Below, piece after piece: positions 26,989 through 35,572 of a stretch of 42,440 nt of DNA (position 1 is its first letter; the number at the start of each line of letters is the position of its first letter). The stretch is from a bacterium. GTDB lineage: Bacteria > Electryoneota > RPQS01. The position numbers and the translations under genes were made by a program. The stretch covers positions 1 through 42,440 of the forward strand of contig JAHIZR010000245.1 of assembly GCA_018814465.1 (NCBI GenBank), read 5' to 3'. The notes under the pieces were generated by a model, which saw nothing but the letters and a program-made list of their open reading frames with translations, ran no database searches and had not been told where the DNA came from.

Positions 26989-29568
26989 TTATGATAGTGG
27001 ATATACATGCAGCATCCACTGCCAGTACATTGAAAAATACAGCCAGTGGTCAACAGCGAAATATAGACCGGAGAAGATGAGTCCGGTCAAGAGCACAAAA
27101 AGCAAGGTTACTCTTAAGAATGATGTTTGAAAACCGTTCTGCAGTGCTGAAATCAGCCTGATTAAGCTCCAGATAAATCCTAAACCGCAGAGGACTAACG
27201 AAGGAAAGATCAATACCTGGAAGTCAAGCAGGCGGTATAATACGGCGCAGATCGGCAGCAGAAACAGCAGCGGTGTAAACGACCAGTTTGCATAGTTCCA
27301 AAGCTGTCCCATGCTTACTCGCGGCCGAAAAAGATTCGAGATGAGTTTCAGATAGAGAATGTGAAGCAGTTTGCAAAAGAGTACCAAACTAAAAACAATC
27401 AACATTGCCTGTCCGGGAGACCACAACAATGATGCTACAGTTGCCTTTGCACTCGAATTTAGCCCGATGAAAGTCAGGAAATAATCGAGTCGAATACTTT
27501 CCCGCATCCAGTATAAGACAGAAACAAGAAATCCGGCAACCGCCGCTGAATTCAGAATCCAGAGCAGCAGCGTATGAGAAGAAGGAAGGTATCTTCGGTA
27601 TCGAATATCCGAAAAAAAACCGTGCGAATGCCGAAAGACCCGTCGCAGATTCTGGCGGAACACATTATTACCGCGCATCGAGATAGATAGAATCAACATC
27701 GCGGCTAAGGCGGAAGCCGGAAAGACAATTGGATTCCCTCCTTCACTATCCGGTTTGCTGATTAAGCCTGAATTCCCTTCAGCATCGAGCAGGCTGCTGA
27801 TCTCCGCATCCGAATGCTTCTTCCGCCGGGCAGCAGTCATCAGCCCGAATGAATACCGATTCGGGAGTCCGGCTTCATTCTGAATAATTAATGGACTTGC
27901 CCCGATATAATCCGCGAAACAGTGAACAGCGATACCGATTGAATGACTCCGGGAAAAAGCCTTCTGAATCTGATACTTAAGCGCCGCCGATTGCGCGGAT
28001 ATCCGATTGGAATCCGCTTGAATCGATTTTCCCGACAACCAGCCGAGATTTGAATAGACCATCGGAAGGCTGGATTCCGTGCCGATTTCGGGCAAAGTTA
28101 CTGAGTAGGGTTCACGCGCAATCATGAGAAAATCCGCGCTCGTGCCTTCGGGAAACCTGCCCGTTGATTCGATAAAGCACGGAAGCTCTGTCAGAGCCCG
28201 CGTTTCCGCTGTTAGTGCGTTCACAATTGAGTCCGCGGTCGCATCGGAAAACTCAAGCATTGAGCCGGTACAGACTGCCAACAAACTCGGATGAGATCGT
28301 GAATAGCGGATAACCTGCATCAGCGGACCTGATCGAATTGCGTCAATATAATCATTCAGGATGATTTGACTTGGAAGCCTGTTCAGACCGATATCCGCCA
28401 ATATCCAGATTCCGAGAGAATCGGCTAAGCCCATCAGCATTTCCGGCGGCGCGGAACCATATAGTCTTACAGCGTTGAAACCAAGTGCCTTTATCTGAAG
28501 CAAATCTGACCGAAGCAGCGAAGCTGCAACCGGCAGTCCGGCAGGATCCTGAAAAACATAATCGACCGCCTTCAGCTTGAAAACCGAATCTCCGCAGACG
28601 AATCCCTGCTTATCCACGCCTCTCTGCGCGAAGGATACCCCTTCGCTCCACCTGCTTAACGTATCCTTCTGATGCAGCATGAACAAGTCGAGATTATATA
28701 TGTACGGTCGATCGGGACTCCAAAGCAGCGGAGAGAACGAAGTAAATCGCAGCGGATGACTTTGCGAACTGCTGTAGTAATCTGACAGATTCATCGAAGC
28801 CGAGGCTGCGATTGACCGCGACGAATCGCTAAGCACGGCGTGAACTGATATGTCCTGTGTTTTGAGTCCCGCAACAGCCGAATCTTGCCTTGAAACGCGA
28901 TTTCTCATCACCTGCGCAGCAATCCGTAAATCTGCCATTGGGCCCGAATTCACTGAGTCACTATAAATCTCATAGCGATAAGTCATCCCGGCGAAAGACC
29001 ACCCATGACGTCCTATCAGGTAAAGCTTTGACAGAATTCCGGCATATCCTGAAGGCTGAAACAGTTCCGGCTGCAGAGGAACGGAGCTTGAACGATTCAA
29101 ATCATTCTGCACAAGCACGGATACTTCGTTCGCGCTTCCATATGTCAGGTACTCCGGTCGAATCGGCACACGCAGCGCTGCAAAATCGCCGCGACCGGCG
29201 TGCAGAAGATTTCCATTCACTGAAACATCGACTCGATAGCGGTAAACAGGAATCAGCAATTCCCAATCGTATTCTGCAAACGAATCGGGAAAGACAACCG
29301 TCCGAACAAATTCCACCGCTTTTTCCGATTCTGGAAATGAACTGGGAATCCAACCCTGTCTGAATTCACTTCCTCCGGTCCGATAATTCCAAGCGCCGCT
29401 TATATCCATAACAATACAGCCGGCATCTTCAAGCTTCCGAGGGATTCGATCAGCTTCATCCACAGGCAGTTTTGAGAGCATCAAACCCTCGGCAGGCAGA
29501 CAGAATTGTGCCAGCGCGAGGGTTAGGCTAATTGTTAGTATCAGGCGGGTATGCAAACCCGAACGCAT
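26989..29568 (-). CDS. Large membrane protein: signal peptide, glycoside-hydrolase-family-2-like ectodomain and a C-terminal polytopic membrane domain. Function unknown.
   Basis: 859 aa with signal LILTISLTLALAQFCLPAEG. GH2-reminiscent blocks (LWSPDRPYIYNL, GFNAVRLYG). The last ~250 aa contain about 6 hydrophobic helices. No family can be assigned confidently by eye. Confidence 0.5.
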   Translation of the reverse strand: MRSGLHTRLILTISLTLALAQFCLPAEGLMLSKLPVDEADRIPRKLEDAGCIVMDISGAWNYRTGGSEFRQGWIPSSFPESEKAVEFVRTVVFPDSFAEYDWELLIPVYRYRVDVSVNGNLLHAGRGDFAALRVPIRPEYLTYGSANEVSVLVQNDLNRSSSVPLQPELFQPSGYAGILSKLYLIGRHGWSFAGMTYRYEIYSDSVNSGPMADLRIAAQVMRNRVSRQDSAVAGLKTQDISVHAVLSDSSRSIAASASMNLSDYYSSSQSHPLRFTSFSPLLWSPDRPYIYNLDLFMLHQKDTLSRWSEGVSFAQRGVDKQGFVCGDSVFKLKAVDYVFQDPAGLPVAASLLRSDLLQIKALGFNAVRLYGSAPPEMLMGLADSLGIWILADIGLNRLPSQIILNDYIDAIRSGPLMQVIRYSRSHPSLLAVCTGSMLEFSDATADSIVNALTAETRALTELPCFIESTGRFPEGTSADFLMIAREPYSVTLPEIGTESSLPMVYSNLGWLSGKSIQADSNRISAQSAALKYQIQKAFSRSHSIGIAVHCFADYIGASPLIIQNEAGLPNRYSFGLMTAARRKKHSDAEISSLLDAEGNSGLISKPDSEGGNPIVFPASALAAMLILSISMRGNNVFRQNLRRVFRHSHGFFSDIRYRRYLPSSHTLLLWILNSAAVAGFLVSVLYWMRESIRLDYFLTFIGLNSSAKATVASLLWSPGQAMLIVFSLVLFCKLLHILYLKLISNLFRPRVSMGQLWNYANWSFTPLLFLLPICAVLYRLLDFQVLIFPSLVLCGLGFIWSLIRLISALQNGFQTSFLRVTLLFVLLTGLIFSGLYFAVDHWLYFSMYWQWMLHVYPLS

Positions 29569-29587
29569 CAGGAAAGTACCTTTATAA

Positions 29588-30751
29588 TCATTTTGCGTGT
29601 TCGTGGTTTTTTACGACAATCCCAAGGCAAAGCCTGGTCGACATCTCGATGTCCGCAATCGAGGCATGTTCACTGGTCGTGTGCTCTTCCCGCATCCCGC
29701 AGCCCAAGATCACCGAAGGCAGTCCCTTTTCATTATAGACGCTGGCATTGGTTCCGCCGCCGATTGAAAGCGGCTTCATCTCCATTCCATTGAGCTTTCC
29801 GCTTTCAACCGCTAACGTATAAGGCAAGCTGTCGAAGGGTACATCCATCGCAGTGAATTCCTTCTCCACCTGCTGATGGAATACGGGCCTTTTGACTACT
29901 CCGCCGATCTCCTTTGTATAATGCTTCACCGCCTCCTCGAATGCCTTGGCCATTGCATCCGTCTGAGCCTTCAGTTTTTCTTCGGAATGGCTTCTGCATT
30001 CCGCATTCGCCTTAAGATTCGGAGTCACAATATTCGTTGCCGTCCCGGCTTCCACCTTCCCGATATTCGCGGTCGTTTCCTCATCAATCCTGCCCAGCTT
30101 CATTCGCGAAACAGCATGTGCGAATACCTCGATTGCGGAAATCCCTTTCTCTGGCGCCATTCCCGCGTGCGCGGCAATCCCTTCCAGCGTATAAACCATG
30201 CGGTTCGCGCTGGGAGACTTATAGATGATTGTATCGATGTCTTCACCATCAAGCACAATCGCGAACGCGGCATCGATAGAGTTCATATCCACCTGATTGC
30301 AGCCAAGCAGGCCGATTTCTTCCGCGACATCGAAAACGACCTCGATGGGACCATGCGGGATATCGCTTTCATGAAGACAGCGCAGCAGTTCTATAATAAC
30401 GGTAACACCGGCCTTGTCATCCGCTCCCAGCACCGTAGTTCCGTCCGTACGGACTATTCCATCTTTCAAAGTCGGATTCACTCCGATCCCCGGCATAACC
30501 GTATCCATGTGTGCTGAAAACAGGATGGCAGGCGCTTTCGAATTGCGCGCAGGCATTCGCACATGAAGGTTTCCGCAATTCCCCCCAATCTTCTCGCCGG
30601 CATCATCCATCCATACCTTTACTTTCAACTCGGACAATGCTTTCTTCAAATAAGCCGCCACATCGGCTTCCTGCTTTGAGGGGCTGTCGATCTTGACAAG
30701 GTCCAGAAAGGTGCTGATAATTCGATCGGTGTTCGGCTGCGGTAGATTCAT
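29588..30751 (-). CDS. M20/M25/M40-family metallopeptidase (PepT/YqjE-like tripeptidase)
   Basis: Metal-ligand blocks FSAHMDTV, GADDKAG and EEIGLLG, plus C-terminal EEHTTSEH. 387 aa. ATGA overlap with the mtaB stop. Confidence 0.82.
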   Translation of the reverse strand: MNLPQPNTDRIISTFLDLVKIDSPSKQEADVAAYLKKALSELKVKVWMDDAGEKIGGNCGNLHVRMPARNSKAPAILFSAHMDTVMPGIGVNPTLKDGIVRTDGTTVLGADDKAGVTVIIELLRCLHESDIPHGPIEVVFDVAEEIGLLGCNQVDMNSIDAAFAIVLDGEDIDTIIYKSPSANRMVYTLEGIAAHAGMAPEKGISAIEVFAHAVSRMKLGRIDEETTANIGKVEAGTATNIVTPNLKANAECRSHSEEKLKAQTDAMAKAFEEAVKHYTKEIGGVVKRPVFHQQVEKEFTAMDVPFDSLPYTLAVESGKLNGMEMKPLSIGGGTNASVYNEKGLPSVILGCGMREEHTTSEHASIADIEMSTRLCLGIVVKNHEHAK

Positions 30752-32046
30752 GGTTCCTCTCTTTCGTGTAAAGCGCCTTCGACGCCATCTGTGGAAAGCT
30801 TTTCGATCTTGACTTCAACATGCTTCCCGATTAGCCCGGGAGATGGCACGATATAGACATCAAGATAATTGTCTGCGTGTCCGGCAAGCAAGCCGTTCAC
30901 ATAACGATTCTCGAATAGTACTCGGCAAGATTTGCCAAGATGCCGCTCGTAAAACCGCTTTCTTAATTCGGCATCGAGCGCGGCGAGTTGCTTGACTCTG
31001 TTCTGCTTTAACCCGGATTCTATAAAGCCGGGGAGTTTCGTGGCTGCGGTTCCCGGCCTTGAGCTGAAAGGAAACACATGCAAATATGAAATCCGCGAGT
31101 CGTACAGAAAAGCGCGCGTATTCTCGAATTGCTCGTCTGTCTCGCCGGGAAAACCAACGATAATATCGGAACCGAATCCCCAGTCTTCACGAAGCCTGAA
31201 AGCACTGTCAAGAATCTCCCGGATATCGGCAACGCGATACCGGCGATTCATTCTTCTGAGAACACTGTCATCGCAACTCTGCAAAGGAATATGAAGATGA
31301 GGACAGATCCTTTCCGAGTCGGCAATTACTCGAAGGAAATCCGCGGTGACCGCCCACGGTTCAACGCTGCCTAATCGTATTCGATGTGACCCTGGAATCT
31401 TATCGAGCGCTACGAGCAGCCGCGTGAGACCGTCGCTCATCTCAAAATCGAATCCATAGGTGCCAAGCGCGCAGCCCGTCAAAACGATCTCTTTAAAACC
31501 TTTGTCGATCAGATAGCTTGCATGGTCGACAGCTTCTGAGATCGGCTGACTTCGCCCTCTCCCCCTCAGTTTCGGTACGATACAGTATGTGCAGAACTGA
31601 GAACAGCCATCCTGCACTTTCAGAAAGCTTCGCGTACGGCCCAGCAGTCCGTCTAGCCGCACTTGATCCGTCCATTTGACCGATTGGGAAACACCGCCGA
31701 CTTCAATAACAGGAGTCTTAGACTCAGCGTATCGCTTAATTATCTCAAGAATATGTTCCTTTTCGGCATTCCCCACAATCCCGATAACTCCGGGAAAACC
31801 GGACAGAGTTTCCGGCGTTCGCTCGGCCGTACAGCCAATGACAAGTATCTTCGCTTTCGGATTTTTCCGATAGACGGAGCGCAAAGTATTTCGTACTTTG
31901 CGCTCAGCTGTTGTGGTCACAGAACAAGTATTAACGATGCAGAGATCGGCGTCAGAAGCATTCTCAACAGTCTCGCAGCCTGCTGCACGAAACTGAGCCA
32001 AAACCATTTCGCTGTCATATTGGTTCAGTTTGCATCCCAGCGTCAT
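30748..32046 (-). CDS. mtaB: Radical-SAM methylthiotransferase, MiaB/MtaB family (tRNA modification)
   Basis: UPF0004 N-domain TLGCKLNQYDSE...NTCSVT, radical-SAM CSQFCTYCIVP (CxxxCxxC), and a C-terminal TRAM-like region. The start is uncertain. I prefer the ATG at 32046. The longest ORF (to 32373) runs 224 nt into rpsA in another frame. Confidence 0.82.
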   Translation of the reverse strand: MTLGCKLNQYDSEMVLAQFRAAGCETVENASDADLCIVNTCSVTTTAERKVRNTLRSVYRKNPKAKILVIGCTAERTPETLSGFPGVIGIVGNAEKEHILEIIKRYAESKTPVIEVGGVSQSVKWTDQVRLDGLLGRTRSFLKVQDGCSQFCTYCIVPKLRGRGRSQPISEAVDHASYLIDKGFKEIVLTGCALGTYGFDFEMSDGLTRLLVALDKIPGSHRIRLGSVEPWAVTADFLRVIADSERICPHLHIPLQSCDDSVLRRMNRRYRVADIREILDSAFRLREDWGFGSDIIVGFPGETDEQFENTRAFLYDSRISYLHVFPFSSRPGTAATKLPGFIESGLKQNRVKQLAALDAELRKRFYERHLGKSCRVLFENRYVNGLLAGHADNYLDVYIVPSPGLIGKHVEVKIEKLSTDGVEGALHEREEP

Positions 32047-32149
32047 GACTGCAACGCGTTTCAGCTGTGCATCACATCCTTTGGAAGGCGATGTTTTTTC
32101 GATGACGCCCGGAAATAGTCCGCTGCTGTTTGTCTCGCGGTTCAGTTTC

Positions 32150-34123
32150 TTACTTATCCTCTGATTCTTCCTCTGATGACGAATCTTCAGTGGATTCTGA
32201 TTCAGGCGCTTCAGTCCCAACATCTTCGACGGACTTCGACGCGACACCATGAGTTTCTGAAGCCGCAGCGGAATCTGTTTCACCCGCAGCATTATCGGCT
32301 GCTGCCGGCTCTGACGATTCGCCTGTAGTCGATTCCACTGATGATTCATCTGAAACATCGCTGCCGACAACATACTGCTTCATAGTTTCTTCGTCAACGC
32401 CTTCCTCATCGGTCTCTTCACCTTCAGGTGCCAAAGCCGCCAAAATAATCTTCTTAGCTTCTTTATTGAACTCGATGACCTCAAGATTCAATTCCATCTC
32501 GGGAGTGACGGCAGCTTTTGAACCCTTGGTGATGCGCTTCAATTGACTCGCTGGAACGAATCCTTCGACATCCTGCGGCAATTCAACCACAACACCCTTA
32601 TCCAGTACTCGAATAACCTTGCCTGTCGTTTGCTGCCCAATCGCATACAGACTCTCAAAAACATCCCATGGATTTTCCTGTGCCTGCTTTAAACCAAGAG
32701 CAATGCGCCGTTCGTTCCGGTCAAAGCCGAGAATAACCACTTCAACCTCATCCCCCTTGGTCAGGATTTCGCCGGGGTGACGAACACGTTTTGTCCATGA
32801 CAAGTCGGAGATATGTACAAGACCGTCGATGCCGTCTTCCAGTTCGATAAATGCTCCAAAGGGCACCAAATCATGAACCTTACCGGTGTGACGCGTGCCA
32901 ACGGCGTACTTGGTTTCGAGGTTCTCCCAAGGATCCGGTTCGGTTTGTTTCATGCCGAGAGAAATCTTGCGGTTTTCCTTGTCGATATTCAGCACAACGA
33001 TATCGATCTCATCACCAACCGACAATATCGCGGAAGGATGCTTGACATGCTGCGTCCAACTCATCTCTGAAATATGAACGAGACCTTCGAGACCTTTCTC
33101 GAGTTCAACAAAAGCTCCATAGCGGGCGATCGAAACAACTTTACCCTTTACACGAGCGCCTTCCGGATACTTTTCTTCGACTCCCTCCCAAGGATGGGTC
33201 TGCAGCTGCTTCATGCCAACGGAAATTCGCTGTCGTTCCTTGTCGTAATCCAGCACCTTTACAGTCAGTTTCTGGTCCAATTCGACCAACTCGGAAGGAT
33301 GCCCCACGCGACCCCATGAAAGATCGGTAATGTGAAGCAGTCCGTCCACTCCACCGAGATCAACGAAAACACCGAAGTCGGTGATGTTCTTGACGGTGCC
33401 TTCCATGACATCGTCAACCTTGAGATCTCCAAGCAGCTTTTCGCGTACTTCCTTCAAGCTCTCTTCAACGATGACCTTGCGGGAAACGACAATATTCTTG
33501 CGCGCATCATTTAGCTTCACGATGCGGAATTCCATATCCTGTCCAACCAATGCGTCGAAATCGCGAACCGGATGAACATCGATCTGAGAACCCGGAAGGA
33601 AGGCGTCGATTCCCATCAAATCGACTACAAAGCCGCCTTTGATCCGGCGTTGTATCGTGCCGGTGACTATCTCCCCGCTTTCATGCACTTCCTTGATTCG
33701 ATCCCAAGTCTTTAAGAAGTCCGCCTTGCGCTTGGACAGCGAAAGCTGACCTGAAATGTCCTCGACGCGATCCAGATATACTTCTACATCGTCACCGATT
33801 GTGAGTTCCCCGGTTTTCGGAAACTCTTCTCTCGGCACGGTGCCTTCCGACTTAAATCCGATATCAACAGAGATTTCTTTATCGTTAATGGATATTATCT
33901 TCCCCTTAACGATTTGCCCTTCCTTAAACTCCATTACGAGCTTGCTGTAAAGGTCGGCGAGATCCTGGGCTTCCTGTCCCATCTGAACCTGTTCTTCGGG
34001 CAGTTCCTCCCGCTTGATTCTGCGACCCTTGAAAAGAACATCAGGATCGTGCTTGGCAGAGGCTGGCACCGGTTGGAGGTTCACGGTCTCGGGATTTGTT
34101 TGTTGTTCAGTGTTTTCTGTCAT
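32150..34123 (-). CDS. rpsA: 30S ribosomal protein S1 (six S1 domains) with an acidic C-terminal tail
   Basis: Six repeats of the G..V.G.V......G.FV.L..G..GL.H.S. pattern. GGAG lies 5 nt upstream of the ATG. Classic cmk-rpsA linkage. Confidence 0.93.
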   Translation of the reverse strand: MTENTEQQTNPETVNLQPVPASAKHDPDVLFKGRRIKREELPEEQVQMGQEAQDLADLYSKLVMEFKEGQIVKGKIISINDKEISVDIGFKSEGTVPREEFPKTGELTIGDDVEVYLDRVEDISGQLSLSKRKADFLKTWDRIKEVHESGEIVTGTIQRRIKGGFVVDLMGIDAFLPGSQIDVHPVRDFDALVGQDMEFRIVKLNDARKNIVVSRKVIVEESLKEVREKLLGDLKVDDVMEGTVKNITDFGVFVDLGGVDGLLHITDLSWGRVGHPSELVELDQKLTVKVLDYDKERQRISVGMKQLQTHPWEGVEEKYPEGARVKGKVVSIARYGAFVELEKGLEGLVHISEMSWTQHVKHPSAILSVGDEIDIVVLNIDKENRKISLGMKQTEPDPWENLETKYAVGTRHTGKVHDLVPFGAFIELEDGIDGLVHISDLSWTKRVRHPGEILTKGDEVEVVILGFDRNERRIALGLKQAQENPWDVFESLYAIGQQTTGKVIRVLDKGVVVELPQDVEGFVPASQLKRITKGSKAAVTPEMELNLEVIEFNKEAKKIILAALAPEGEETDEEGVDEETMKQYVVGSDVSDESSVESTTGESSEPAAADNAAGETDSAAASETHGVASKSVEDVGTEAPESESTEDSSSEEESEDK

Positions 34124-34189
34124 TTTGTCTCCAGTGTACTCTACCCACCCGGAGAGTTCGGTGGGGTTTGGTTAAGTTGATTTGGTTTG

Positions 34190-34882
34190 CTATCTTAGTT
34201 TTCCGTCTTCAATAATACCACGATCGTAAATCTTCCCTTTTCGAATCACTCGATTGTCGGGTGTGGAAAGCGAAAGTTCACGAATAGATTCAAGAACCCG
34301 ATCCGCAACAGCCTGATATGCCCCTCGGCTCTCATCAAGCCCAGCCATCAATTGCTCAGCCGTAACCGCCTTGCCAAAAACAATGTCTACGGCAGGCCGT
34401 TTCGCTGTCCGCTCTTTCTCGATTGTACTGCCGTGAATATAAACCGGCAGCACCGGAGCCTTTGATTTACAGATCAGCCAACCGATGCCCAGCTTCGCCT
34501 TTAGAAAGCCATCCGCGGGAGCTCGAGTGCCTTCAGGAAAGAAGATCAAGGCCCCGTCGTCGGATAGAATCTTCAAACACGTTGACAAAGCCTTCCGGTC
34601 AAGCTGCCCCCTGCGAACCGGAAAAGCATTTAAAGACTTCAGAAATTGCGAGATTCCCGGACGCTTGAATAACTCTTCCTTCGCGAAAAAATGGACTTCC
34701 CGCGGAATTGTACCGCCCAGCAATGGTGGATCGTAATTGGAACGGTGATTCGAAGCGAAAATCACTTTCCCAGTTCGCGGGATATGCTCCATCCCCGTTG
34801 TTCTCAGTCCGACTCCTAATCGAAACGCCCAACGGGACAATCCGGAAATAATCGCATAATGAAGTCGCATTCCAGACTTCAA
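34190..34882 (-). CDS. plsC: 1-acyl-sn-glycerol-3-phosphate acyltransferase
   Basis: NHRSNYDP (H-x4-D) and FPEGTR acyltransferase motifs. 230 aa. Confidence 0.87.
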   Translation of the reverse strand: MKSGMRLHYAIISGLSRWAFRLGVGLRTTGMEHIPRTGKVIFASNHRSNYDPPLLGGTIPREVHFFAKEELFKRPGISQFLKSLNAFPVRRGQLDRKALSTCLKILSDDGALIFFPEGTRAPADGFLKAKLGIGWLICKSKAPVLPVYIHGSTIEKERTAKRPAVDIVFGKAVTAEQLMAGLDESRGAYQAVADRVLESIRELSLSTPDNRVIRKGKIYDRGIIEDGKLR

Positions 34883-34888
34883 TTTATT

Positions 34889-35572
34889 CTATTTCGATCC
34901 AAGTTTTAACGCCAACTTCACAATCGCATCCACCTGATCGCCAATGGTCATATGGGTTGTATCAACTTCTGCTGCATCATCGGCCTTTCGCAACGGGCTG
35001 TATTCGCGTGTGGAATCGCGTTCATCTCGAGCCGCCAATGCGTCTTCGACCTCTTCAACAGGCTGATCGATCCCTCTTGCCAGCATCTCCTTGCGTCTCC
35101 GCAGGGCGCGCACATGGACATCCGCAATCAGAAATATCTTCAAGTCGGCGTCAGGAAAAACAACCGTTCCTATGTCACGGCCTTCAAGCACTACTCCGCC
35201 CGCCTGACCAAGCTCACGCTGCCATTTCACCAAATGTTCACGAACAACCGGATGCTCTGAAACAGGACCAACCCAAAGCGAAATCTCAGGAGTGCGGATA
35301 TCATCCGTCACGTCAACCGAATCAAGCAAGATTCGCAGGCCGTCGGCGGATTCCTTTTGAGTTACCATCGTCGAGTCAAGCAGCTTCTGAAGCTGCTCTT
35401 TGTCCGTAAGCTCCACTCCGTGTTTGAGCATTTTCAAAGCGACCGCGCGATACATCGCACCCGTATCGATATGCATGAGATGCAGCTTTTCTGCGACAAG
35501 TCTTGCTGTCGTGGACTTTCCGGAACCCGCGGGCCCGTCAATCGCTATGATCGGTCGTTTTACTGTACTCAC
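34889..35572 (-). CDS. cmk: Cytidylate kinase
   Basis: IAIDGPAGSGKST P-loop, DTGAMYR, and EGRDIGTVVFPDA. Confidence 0.93.
   Translation of the reverse strand: MSTVKRPIIAIDGPAGSGKSTTARLVAEKLHLMHIDTGAMYRAVALKMLKHGVELTDKEQLQKLLDSTMVTQKESADGLRILLDSVDVTDDIRTPEISLWVGPVSEHPVVREHLVKWQRELGQAGGVVLEGRDIGTVVFPDADLKIFLIADVHVRALRRRKEMLARGIDQPVEEVEDALAARDERDSTREYSPLRKADDAAEVDTTHMTIGDQVDAIVKLALKLGSK

Noticed and set aside
34124-34189. Hairpin CCCACC-n10-GGTGGG between plsC and rpsA, considered as a terminator or S1 autoregulatory element.
   Set aside because: The stem is only 6 bp with a 10-nt loop, and no U-tract follows on the coding strand. It cannot be distinguished from chance by eye.
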